From: Blepharisma stoltei ATCC 30299
Lineage: Eukaryota; Protista; Ciliophora
Direction: 5' to 3'
Assembly: GCA_965603825.1 (NCBI GenBank)
Contig: CBFDEM010000010.1
Span: 372,001-436,000, forward strand
Length of the DNA stretch: 64,000 nt
The first letter of the stretch is position 1, and every line of letters begins with the position of its first letter. The translations under genes and the position numbers were made by a program. This document shows, in pieces, positions 37,151-47,566 of this stretch. The notes beneath the pieces are model-generated. The model had not been told where the DNA came from, ran no database searches, and saw only the letters and a list, made by a program, of their open reading frames with translations.

Positions 37151-37336
37151 TTTGAAAATTTAAAATTTCATTATGAGTCACACATCTGAATTCGAGATTC
37201 AAATTGAAAATTAATCAAATAATTAGTAGAAATTAATTTCTATTGCAAGAGCATGATATAGATGAAACTTATAATTAATCCAAAAATAAATTAATAATTA
37301 TTTCTGTCTTGAAAAATTGAAAAATATTGAGATGGG

Positions 37337-37939
37337 CTAGCCGCTTCTATTTCCATCAATACTTTTAGGGAGCGATAAATTTCTTTTGATACTTTCATCA
37401 CGTGATTTTGATATGTCTTTAAGTTTAAAGCTTACTACACTTTTTCTTTGACTTTTTAATGGAGAATTGGGAAGGATTCTTTTAGAGTTTGCACGTTTGA
37501 TGCTTTCCCTTTCAGTTATAAAAAAGCTTAGATTATCATCAATTCTTGCCCTGGAAGTATTAATTTGTTTAGGACTAGATTTTCTTTTTCCAATAATTTC
37601 TCTAATCCTTTTGATTTCTTCATTTTTCTTTTCTTTATTTCTAATCATTTCGTAAGTATATCTCTGAGATCTCAATTCACCCTTCATTTTCGAAATTAAA
37701 TCCCTTTCCTTTATCAGTTCCCTTTGGCTTTTAACTCTTTCTTGAAGCTCTTTTAGCTTATTTTCTCTTTCCTTTTTTTCTTCAGTCCTCAAATTATAAG
37801 GATACAGTAAATTTAAATCAAATTTGGGTTTTTCTTTTTTAACTATAGGATTAAGTGATAAAACATCAACTCGTTCATGCTGTCTTGAGTAGCTATCAAA
37901 AGAATGATTCACAAAATAATGTTGGAATGGTCTCCACAT
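37337..37939 (-). CDS. Hypothetical basic protein
   Basis: aaATG start, 200 codons, TAG stop. Confidence 0.6.
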   Translation of the reverse strand: MWRPFQHYFVNHSFDSYSRQHERVDVLSLNPIVKKEKPKFDLNLLYPYNLRTEEKKERENKLKELQERVKSQRELIKERDLISKMKGELRSQRYTYEMIRNKEKKNEEIKRIREIIGKRKSSPKQINTSRARIDDNLSFFITERESIKRANSKRILPNSPLKSQRKSVVSFKLKDISKSRDESIKRNLSLPKSIDGNRSG

Positions 37940-38054
37940 TTATAAGCATTTTAAATGGAGTTTCTATTTGTAAGGGTTTTATTTCCCTATTTGATAAACT
38001 ATAAATTAACAATTAGTGCATTTATTTACGCCATTACTTTGTGGCTCTATAAAT

Positions 38055-39476
38055 ATGGATTCTGAAAGTCTTAGAGAAAGATTGGAAGCAGGTGTTGACA
38101 ATGGCATCATCCCAACTTTGATGGATTATATCAGAGTCCCAAGTCTTTCCCCAGCATTTGATAAAGATTGGGAGACTAATGGCAAGATGGAACAAGCAAT
38201 GGAAATTCTTGTGAATTATGTAAAATCCTTAAACATTACTGGGTTTACCCACGAAATCTTAAAGGAACCAGGCATCCCTTGGCTTTTCTTTGCCGAATTC
38301 CCTGCAACAGCTCCAGGCCTCGGAACAGTACTCATGTACGGCCATATGGACAAGCAGCCACACTTTTCAGGATGGATTGAAGGAGCAGACAACACCAGCC
38401 CAGCTATCATAGACGGCAAGCTCTATGGAAGAGGAGGTGCAGATGATGGCTATGCCTTACCAAGTGCAGCCCTCATCATAAAAACAATGGACGACCTCGG
38501 AATCCCTCGTGGAAGAATTGTTTACATTGGTGAAAATGAAGAAGAAAGTGGAAGTGACCATTTAATGGACTATGTAAAGAAGCTTAAACATAAAATTGGC
38601 GAACCTGACATCATTGTCTGCTTGGACTCAGGAATTGGAGATTACGAACATTTCTGGCTGACTGGCAGCTTAAGAGGATTCACAGCTCTAGATGTAACTG
38701 TAAAAGTCTTGACTGTAGGACAACACTCAGGAGATGTGTCAGGTGTTGTGCCTTCTAGCTTCAGAGTCTTTAGGCAGATTTTGGACAGAATTGAAGACCC
38801 AAGAAGCGGAGAAATTTTGATCCCTGAACTTTATACCCCAATTACCCCAGAAATTTATGAGCATGCTGCTGGGTGTGCAAGAGCGCTTGGACCTAATCTG
38901 CTTGGGAAGATTAACTGGCAGCCTGGAATGCAGCCTGTAACTCATGATCCAGTCCAACTAGTTTTGAATAGAACTTATAGACCTACACTATGTGTTACTG
39001 GAGCACAAGGACTCCCAGACCTTGCTAATGCTGGAAACTTGTTAAGACCAAGCACAACATTTAGACTGTCTGTCAGACTCCCTCCAGGTGTTGATTCTGA
39101 AGTTGCTGCTGCCAAGTTGCACGAAGTTATAACTAAAGATCCTCCTTATGGAGCTACAATTGAAGTAAAAATCCCATTCAAAGGGAATGGATTTGCTCCA
39201 AATCCTTTGGAGCCATGGCTAAGTGATGCTCTTAATGTTGCAGGCCATAAGTATTTTGGAAATGAATTTTTAGTGATGGGAGAAGGCGGAAGCATACCAT
39301 TTATGGGCATGCTTGGAAAAGAATTCCCACAGGCGCAATTCATGATCATTGGAATTTTAAGCTCTGACAGCAACGCTCACTCAGCAAATGAAAACTTCAG
39401 CATTGCTTACTTAAAGAAACTTTTATGCTGCCTTTCAGAAGTCCTTGCTCAACATGGTAGGAGAACCAAAGCTTAA
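38055..39476 (+). CDS. M20 family metallo-dipeptidase
   Basis: YGHMDKQP, GRGGADDG, EEESGS, CLDSG and NAHSANE; probable ATG at 38055. Confidence 0.93.
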   Translation: MDSESLRERLEAGVDNGIIPTLMDYIRVPSLSPAFDKDWETNGKMEQAMEILVNYVKSLNITGFTHEILKEPGIPWLFFAEFPATAPGLGTVLMYGHMDKQPHFSGWIEGADNTSPAIIDGKLYGRGGADDGYALPSAALIIKTMDDLGIPRGRIVYIGENEEESGSDHLMDYVKKLKHKIGEPDIIVCLDSGIGDYEHFWLTGSLRGFTALDVTVKVLTVGQHSGDVSGVVPSSFRVFRQILDRIEDPRSGEILIPELYTPITPEIYEHAAGCARALGPNLLGKINWQPGMQPVTHDPVQLVLNRTYRPTLCVTGAQGLPDLANAGNLLRPSTTFRLSVRLPPGVDSEVAAAKLHEVITKDPPYGATIEVKIPFKGNGFAPNPLEPWLSDALNVAGHKYFGNEFLVMGEGGSIPFMGMLGKEFPQAQFMIIGILSSDSNAHSANENFSIAYLKKLLCCLSEVLAQHGRRTKA

Positions 39477-39589
39477 TAATTTAGAGTTCTTTTATCAATA
39501 TATTATTTTAAATCCAAAATGACACTATCAATACAGTGAAATAATTAGCTTATAAATTTAATTATATTTGAGATAGTAATGGCTTATTG

Positions 39590-40609
39590 TTAGTTAGACG
39601 AGAAACTTTCTAAATCAACTATTTCATCTGTTAACCGAACATCATAAGTAATCGCTGCAATAAGCTCTTCAAGGCTAAAAAAGGTTGATTCAGCTCTTAC
39701 ATAAGCAATCAGCGTGACTTCGAGCTCTTTATTATATAAATTATTTTCAAATGTATGCAATATATATGCCTCGATGCTTTTTTGAGTGTTTCCATAGTAA
39801 GGATTTCACCCAATTGACACAGCTGTTTTATAAAGAGTGCTGTAATCGTCTGCAAATCTTGCAACTCCTGCATACACGCCTGGGACTAAATCATTTGCAT
39901 TATTAAGGTTAATAAGGTCTAAATTTGCAGTCGGAAACCCAAGCTCTTTGCTGCCTCTTCCAAAACCTGGAATAATATTCCCTCTAACAGTAGAAGCGTT
40001 TGGGAGTCTATAATAAGCTTTTCACTATTGATAATCATCATAAGGATCAGGCTGGCTTGGTAAAATTGCTCTCAGGCTATTTAAACTTTCTTCATTTCCA
40101 GGCTCGTTGGGGAATTTTACATGTGAGACTTGAAATCCGTTCTGTTTTAGCATCTGGGCTGAATCGAAGTGTGCTACAATAATTTGATGCTCATGCTGCT
40201 TGATGTGGAAGAGATCCTCTAAAATAGTGCTGGCAGAAGTATAGATGATCTGTTCAGATAAGTCGCCTAGCAATTCTTTAAAAGGCTTTAAAGACTCAAT
40301 TGTGGTTTCCAGAACGTCTTTTTCAAAGAAACTAAGCAACTTAATTTGTGAAGAAGAATCTGATAGCGCTTTTAACGTCTGATAAGAATTTATAGTGGGC
40401 CTAATAGTATTTAAGTAGGATAGCAGCATTTCTCTAGGGACATCTGCATTTAAAAGTCTAAGTCCTTCTATCAGCGTTTTATGATGTATCTCAGACTTTA
40501 GCTCATACGCAATTCCTTCACTTGATCTCGCCAGACAAAACTGAAGACCCCTTATATTGAAAATTAATTCAGCGTCGAAAATTACAATTTTCTTCGCAAA
40601 GGCCATCAT
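39590..40609 (-). CDS. RFK: HAD-like domain plus riboflavin kinase domain in one frame, interrupted by in-frame TAG at 40025-40027
   Basis: Downstream half: GFGRGSKELGFPTANL, GVYAG, SIGW(TGA)NPYYGN, IEAYIL, YVRAE. Upstream half begins KIVIFDAELIFN (HAD motif I-like). Confidence 0.8.
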
Positions 40610-40705
40610 ATTTGAAGTATTGATAGCAAAACTCTATGAATTCTTGTAATCATTAATCTTTATTAAACTTATTATAAGGCAGAATAGCTAAAAATAATCT
40701 TTAGA

Positions 40706-40885
40706 TTAGGCTAAAACGGGGTGTTTTATGTTTGGGTCATGAAGTTGGGTAAAGCGTCTATTCTTTCTGTACTTCAAATCGCAGCCTCTCAGTGACTCGT
40801 GGAGCTGCTTTTTAGGTTTTTTGATCCCATTGCGATGGTTCTTGTGTCCTTGATTGTGACTGGAATGCACCTTCTCCTTCGCCAT
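40706..40885 (-). CDS. RPL29: 60S ribosomal protein eL29 (59 aa, below the ORF-track cutoff)
   Basis: MAKEKVHSSHNQGHKNHRNGIKKPKKQLHESLRGCDLKYRKNRRF. Confidence 0.92.
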   Translation of the reverse strand: MAKEKVHSSHNQGHKNHRNGIKKPKKQLHESLRGCDLKYRKNRRFTQLHDPNIKHPVLA

Positions 40886-40926
40886 TTACTTTATAACGAG
40901 TGATGCTAATTTATAAATAAACTTAA

Positions 40927-42909
40927 CTAAATTTCTAAAAGATCAACAATTGCAGGCTTAGGGGGTTGCTGAGGAATCTGGGCAGCTGGAGCCATATTAG
41001 GCTTGATTTCTACAGGTTTCTCAGTTTTGGCAGCTTCTGTGTGGTGGTCCATGTGCACCATTCTTCTAATAAGCATATTTTGGTTTTTTATGTCTTCGCT
41101 AAAGGTAGGCATGACGTCTAGGACTTCATTTCTGATAGCCTCATAAGTGTCTTTGCAGAGGTTATAATACTCAATAGCTCTTTGTTGGAGGTCTGGGTCT
41201 ATATGCATAGTATGGTGCTCGAAGACTGGGATTGCGGACATTAGAAGGTCAGGATAGTTGTGGCTGAGCTTCATATAAGCAGTAAGGACCATACATTTGG
41301 TCTCAGATGAACATACAGGGAAATGCCTGTTTAAAATTTCAAATAAAGCTTGAGGGTTCATGTCAGGCTTGTTGACGATGTATTGGCTGAACTCACTTAT
41401 CAAGTATGAGCCCATTTTCACCATTTTTTCATGGGCGTGAGAGTTATTTAAAGCGTTATACGCTTGAGTGGCTGCATATTCTTGCAGCTCTGTATCAATG
41501 CTGCTACCAAAACCAGTGACTACTTGAATTACGCGGTGCCATATATCATTTGACACATAATCCCCTGCAAAAGTAATTAGCCTTATTATTACGTCAATAT
41601 ACCACTTCAAATTCTGGCCAAATCTTTCTGCCAATAGTGCAGTTTTAAGCACTAGATCTTCTTTTATATTAAACTGTGCTTCAGGAAGGCTATCTAATAA
41701 TTCTCCCACGATTTCATTAGCATTGCTTTGCTTACACATCCCAAAAAGTACGTCTAAAGCTCTTTTTCTGATAGAAATGTCAGGGTCTTTTAAAGAAATC
41801 ATCACAGTGCTTTGGTGCCTTTCTATCATATACTGGCCATCAGGATGTTCAGCAAGCTTTGCCATCGTTTCAAGTCCTATATATCGGATATTTGGCTCTT
41901 TTACAGAAATAAACCTCCCAAGCAAGGCTGAGCATTGGGTTCTTAAGCTTTCTGGGATATTGTCTTTATAATGGATCATTAAATTGATGGCTTCAAAGAG
42001 GATTCCGTGATCAGTGTTGTTTTTATTCACATTTTTGGTGACTTCGGTCTGTGAAGTAATTTTTTCTAGAACTTCGTTGATATCTGAACAAATTCTTGGC
42101 TCTGTTGGGTAAGGGAACATCTGTAAAAGCTTGAGAAGCTTTATTTGGAGCCACGGACAAGGGGTTTGATAGTATAGATAATCAGCAGAAACTTCTTTAA
42201 GCATCACAAGTCTATAAAGATGCTGGAGAATTTTAGTAAAGCATGATATAAAATTTTCATAGCCATTTTGCCTCATCATTTCCAATAATAAGCTGCTTGT
42301 TGCCAAAAGCATCCCAACTGACCTTGTATCCATCAAATCAGATATCTTCCCACCCCATTCTGCCGGATTTATAATGGTTTTATCTTGTTTATATAGCCTT
42401 GTTAAGCAAGTAAGTGCCTTTTTGTTAACTTCGAAGTCAAGCCCAAAGCCTTCTCCTCTGATAATACGAATTACATCTTGTGAAAGCTCAGCTGTAAGCA
42501 GCTGTCCGCCTAGGTTTGCTACAGTAGATAATGCGAGGGACTGGTGAGCTATATCATAAGAAACTATATCATTTCTAATAGCGTTGACAACTTGTTCAAG
42601 ATATGGAGAATTGGCATGCAAAAGGAGAGAGGCAGCCATGTAGCCAGTGAACTTTTCACTGTATCTTGGAGAGCAGATCATGTTTATTGCTTCCATATGT
42701 CCGAAATCAACGTCATAGCCAAGCATAAAACAGTAAAGAAGCTTTCACACATATTTCTTCCTATCATAAGCACTCAAGGTTTTTCTTGTATTGGAAAATA
42801 GCTCTCTTATCTTGGACATTTCTTTCAGAACTCTTTTCTCCTCTAGATCTTTACTCTGGCAGTTCCTTATGTCAGAGATAAACATAGTCAAGCCTCTCAT
42901 ACTAGACAT
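40927..42909 (-). CDS. AP2A: AP-2 complex alpha adaptin, trunk only (~660 aa)
   Basis: MRGLTMFISDIRNCQ, KKYVW(TGA)KLLY, PWLQIKLLKLLQ, DISIRKRALD and LQQRAIEY. Confidence 0.92.
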
Positions 42910-43079
42910 TTTATAAATATTGATTATTATATTGCAAGTATAAAGCAATGTTTCTTTTCTCTAAGGAATTGATATAAATTCTATTGAGCTTTTTAAATAA
43001 TTTTTTATATATAATAAAATAGTTATTTCCATCCCTAATAATTATTTTACCAGCGAAAATAAATTTATAAAAAATTCAG

Positions 43080-43787
43080 ATGGATGAAGAAGTAAATTAT
43101 AAATCACTCTATGAAGAAAAATATGAAGAATTAGAATCATTCAAAAAAGACTTCGAAGAATACCAAGGTAATTTATAAACAGAAAGCAATAAGCGCTTTG
43201 AGCTAGAAGTTGAAGAAGAAATAGAACAATTGATGGTCGCAAAACTTGAGCTGGAAAGAGAAAATAAAGCTTTGCAAGAAAAGCTAGAAAAAGCTAAAGG
43301 CTCTTTAGCTAAAAAAACTAAAGAGCTTGAAGCCATGTCTCAAAGATTGAAGACTACATCATCAACGACATCAGGAGAAATTGATGCATTAAAGCAAAGA
43401 CTGAAAGAAGTGGAAACAGAAAATGAAGTTTTAAGAGGAAGAGTTAGGGAAAAAGACCAAAATATTGGCGATTTAACTAAATTTTATCATAAAACGCTAG
43501 AAGAGTTGTCATTGGCTGGGTCAGAGCTAGAGAGGATTAAAACGACAAAAGAAAAAGAGTCCCAAAAGCTGAAAGAGCATGTAAGCGAACTTACACAGGA
43601 ACTGCAAATAATTAGAAGACCTAATTTGCAAGCAGCTGAACTAGAGCAGCCACCTCCAGAAAAAGATTTTAAAATTAAATTTGATACAAACGTGCAGAAT
43701 AAAGATCCATTGGATATGATAGATTCCTTAATCCTGACAATTTCTAACAGCTTAGACGAGTATAAATCTTCGTATGCATTGAAATAA
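43080..43787 (+). CDS. Coiled-coil protein, weakly NudE/NDE1-like N-terminus; 1 intron
   Basis: DFEEYQ/ESNKRFELEVEEE after splicing; heptad pattern. Confidence 0.68.
43168..43182 (+). other. 15-nt intron GTAATTTATAAACAG
   Basis: GT..AG, A10, removes an in-frame TAA. Confidence 0.85.
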
Positions 43788-43854
43788 CGCAGTCTTTAAC
43801 TAAGCGCTGATTATTTTTCATTAAAATTTGACAATAATAAAGCAAATAATTAAA

Positions 43855-45066
43855 TTAAGAAAGCTTTTGCTCAATTAACCGTAAACCGAAAGGATTGTAG
43901 GTTTGAAACGCTAAAAAATCTTCATACTGATTTTCAATCTTTATATTACCATTATCTCTGTTTTTATTATAAGGCATAGGACTATGATAGGAGAAATGCA
44001 GGCTAAGGAATTGCTGAATATATTTAGCACAATCTTCAATTTCCTCTATGTTTTTCAAACATAAAGTTTTGCATAAAAAGTAGCTTAAAGTGTCATGAAC
44101 AATTTTTTTCTCTTCAATTTCTCCAGGTTTTTTAAGTTTAATTCCATCTCATCGTAGCAGAAGATATTCAGAGTCACTGAAAGCTTTGCTGGCCATGACA
44201 TAAATTAAAGCGCCACTGGCAGTTGATGGTTTATAATTTAAAAAGGATATGTCCATAGATGCAGTGTCTAAGATTTGCATGAGTTCTCGGTATCTTTTAT
44301 AGGAATATTGGTTTAGTTGCTTATAAGTTATCATTCTGAAATCTAATAGGTCTTGTTCTCTTTTCCTTGCACTTTCATTAAGTCCTTTGAAATATACATA
44401 GGAATTGCAAGGGAAAATTCCATATTGGCTTGTTAAAAACTCATCTCACTCCCCAAGAATACAATTTAAATAAGTCACATGTGTCGGAGGGAATATTTTT
44501 CAGCCTACCAAGTACAATATTTCCCTCTCCATCGCTAATATCTCTCCTTGTGGAACCTCATATTCCGCCACTTTTACCAATTTTTTCAAACATATAGGTT
44601 TTTCTTCCTCCTTTGCTGCAATTCAAATTGCTAATAATGCAATTTTTTGTATATTATCTTTATTGATATTTGTCATTTTCATAACTGCTCGGTTCAGATG
44701 AGAAAGTGCTGTGTGGAAAGTTTCGCGATGAAGCAGCAAATCTGAACACACTTCCATCATTCAGTCTATTAAAATTGCTCTCATTAGAACAGTTAAACTG
44801 CCTAATGGGTTTTGAATTGATAAGCTATTTACTTTATATTCCTCTTCAATTAACTTAAGCTGCATTATATAATCGTCTGATTTTGGTTTTCACATCCCTT
44901 CTGTATCTTTGATTTCTCCTATCATGTCATCTAATATATTTTCTTCAATGCTCTCGAAGTCTCCAAAGCATACACATGAAGATGAGGTAATTTCAAGGTA
45001 TTGTGATCCTTCTGTTGAAGATTTGCTCTCTGTTTCAATGTCCATTTCAGAGCACTCGTAGTCCAT
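43855..45066 (-). CDS. Cyclin (canonical cyclin box, A/B/E-like)
   Basis: MRAILIDW(TGA)MMEVC..LHRETFH, IAAKEEE and MEREIL..GW; six TGA=Trp, so mostly missed by the ORF track. Confidence 0.9.
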
Positions 45067-45208
45067 TTTTAAATTTAAATTTTAAATTATAAATAAAATA
45101 GGACTTAGTGAAATTTAGCCTTGAGGAAAAAAAGATTAGAATAAATTTTGAAGATAATTAAATGACATAGGATTAGTTAATATAAATCTTTAGATAGAGA
45201 AAAAATAA

Positions 45209-46411
45209 ATGGCATCAAGCAATATTACTTTAGTAACAGGAAATTTGTTTAATGCATCAGAAACTTACTCGCTAGCTCACTGCGTCTCAAAAGATTTAGA
45301 AATGAGCAAAGGGATTGCATTAGAATTTAGAAATCGCTTTGGAAAAATTGATGATCTCCAATCTCAATCCCCTGAAATCGGGAAAACTCTTGTTTTACAT
45401 ATAGGGAATGGTAGATTTGCTTTTTATTTGATCACTAAGGATAAATATTTTCAAAAGCCGACTTATTCAAATTTGCAGAGGTCACTTGTAGATCTTCGGA
45501 ATAAATGCCTAGATATGAGCATAAATAAACTAGCCATGCCAAAAATTGGGTGTGGCCTGGATAAGTTGAAATGAGATAAAGTATACCAGACAATTAATCA
45601 AGTATTTTGCGAGACAAATATTGAAATCTTGATTTACTCTTTTAAAGATATAAATTCCTTAAATAATATGGGGGAAAAGTCTAAGCTACCTGTAACAAAA
45701 CTCCAACTCGCCAAAATATTTTCCCTCGGGGCTGCTTTCTTTGGTGAGGCTTCTAAAGCTTTAAAAAACAAGCCAACAAAAAAAATATCAATCAAAGAAG
45801 ATAAACCTGCAAGAGAAAAATCAGAAAGCCCATCCAAGCCAAAGCAAAAAAAGCCAAAAATAGACTTATCCCCAACCCCAGGCACAGGCTTATGGGCATA
45901 TATGGAAGAGAGGCTAAAAATATTAAAAAGAGAGCCATTGCACATAGGAACTCAAGAAAGTGTGCTTAAAAAGATTATTGTAAATGAGTGAAGGGGTATG
46001 GATAAAATTGACAAAGATCGCTGGAATGAAAATGGTCTAAATGAACTGCAAAAAAGAAACAAAGAGGCCAGCAAGACCCCAGTCACAAGCCCAGCAAAAG
46101 AGCAAGGATTATCGGCACCATCAAAGCCAGAAGAAGTAAAGCAGCAAACACCATTGAAAACTCCTTCGAAAGAAGAAAAAAAGAGCCACCACAAAGATGA
46201 ACATCGCTCAGAGCATAAAAGCAAGAAGAAAAGCGAAAAGAAGAGATCAAGGTCAAGGTCAAGATCAAGCTCAAGCTCAGAATCTGAAGAAGAGAGATCA
46301 CATAAGAAAAAACACAGGCGTAAGAAATATATAGATAAGCGTAGATCAGACTCAGAAAGCGAAAGCAGTGGTAACGAGAAATCAAAGAAAAAACATAAGA
46401 GGTCTAAGTAA
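45209..46411 (+). CDS. TARG1/OARD1-type macrodomain followed in frame by HMG-box-like domain and K/RS-rich tail
   Basis: SLAHCVSKDLEMSKGIA, YLITK and MPKIGCGLDKLKW(TGA); then LWAYMEER...VNEW(TGA)RGMDKIDKDRW; RSRSRSRS. Could be two genes. Confidence 0.72.
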
Positions 46412-46617
46412 TTTAGCCATAATTCTAGCAATGGGGATATTTAGGATTTTAATAATTTTTTAAATAAGCGCATCATCAATCTGCATAAGCAAATTCTAAT
46501 GCCAGAAAATTACATTAGGATTTTAATAATTAGCATTTATTTGTTGAAATCTATATAGAAGCATTCTCAGAATTTAAATTATAACTTAAACCTAACGTTT
46601 ATAAGTTATTATTTGAA

Positions 46618-47556
46618 ATGAATAATCCATTATTTTGCAAAAACCTAGCTCAAGCTTTTCAATTTATACCTAGAAAAAGAATTATTTCAGCCAAATCTCC
46701 TCGAGATTCCGGAGAATCTAATGCAGATCCTTTAGCAATCCATAACAGCTCTTTGTTTCAGTTCATCAAACCAAATGCTCGTTTATCTCCCAAGCAAATA
46801 ATTCACCAAAATAGAGAAAGAATAGAAGATGTATTATTGAGAAAAGGAAAGGAATCCAAAGAAAAAAAAGAAATAGAGAAAACCAAATGGATTGCTGAAA
46901 GAATGTCGCATTTTACTTATTCCCCAAAAATTAACAAGCAGTCAAAGAAATTGATAGAAAAAAAAGACCAAATAGCCTTTTGCAGCACAGAACTAGCTAG
47001 CTCAGCAAGAAGAAGGTCGAACTCTTTATCTGTGATTTCAAATTCTGTTAGTACAAATATTAATAAAAATGAAAGAGCCGCTAAAGGGCACCATATTGCA
47101 AGCAATTCATGCTCTAATTTCGATGATTCAATAAAAGCAAAGAAAATAATTCCTCAGTCAGCCAAAGAAAATCCTTGCCATTCTAGGGCGAAAAATAAAA
47201 GTCAACCAATATGCTTGATGATACCTTCTAAAAATGACCCAAATTACCCTCATGATGATGGCTTCGATCAATCAAGTAATTGGCATGCAAGTGATTTAGT
47301 AGAAAAAGATAAGGAAAACTGCTCAAAACATAGTGTTAATAAAAAACTGAGGAATTGCAAAAAAGTTATAAAATCCCAACCAAATAGCTGCAATAACAGT
47401 AAAGTTTTAAAAAATTCATTTTTGACAGAAGCTTCTATTGATTCTGCCCATGCAAAAGATATTGCTCGAAACTGCTCTATAGAAATTAAAACAGCCAGAA
47501 TATATAAAAAAATAATCGAAGACCGTAAAAAGATGTGCAGTCTAATAAATAATTAA
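46618..47556 (+). CDS. Hypothetical basic protein
   Basis: 312-codon ORF with ATG and TAA; FTYSPKINKQS motif. Confidence 0.6.
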   Translation: MNNPLFCKNLAQAFQFIPRKRIISAKSPRDSGESNADPLAIHNSSLFQFIKPNARLSPKQIIHQNRERIEDVLLRKGKESKEKKEIEKTKWIAERMSHFTYSPKINKQSKKLIEKKDQIAFCSTELASSARRRSNSLSVISNSVSTNINKNERAAKGHHIASNSCSNFDDSIKAKKIIPQSAKENPCHSRAKNKSQPICLMIPSKNDPNYPHDDGFDQSSNWHASDLVEKDKENCSKHSVNKKLRNCKKVIKSQPNSCNNSKVLKNSFLTEASIDSAHAKDIARNCSIEIKTARIYKKIIEDRKKMCSLINN

Positions 47557-47566
47557 TGTAAATCTC

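Noticed and set aside
40008-40039. An intron removing the in-frame TAG in the HAD-RFK gene
   Set aside because: The 15-mer ending at the TAG starts GA and lacks A10; the 18-nt GT..AG candidate creates TAA on splicing
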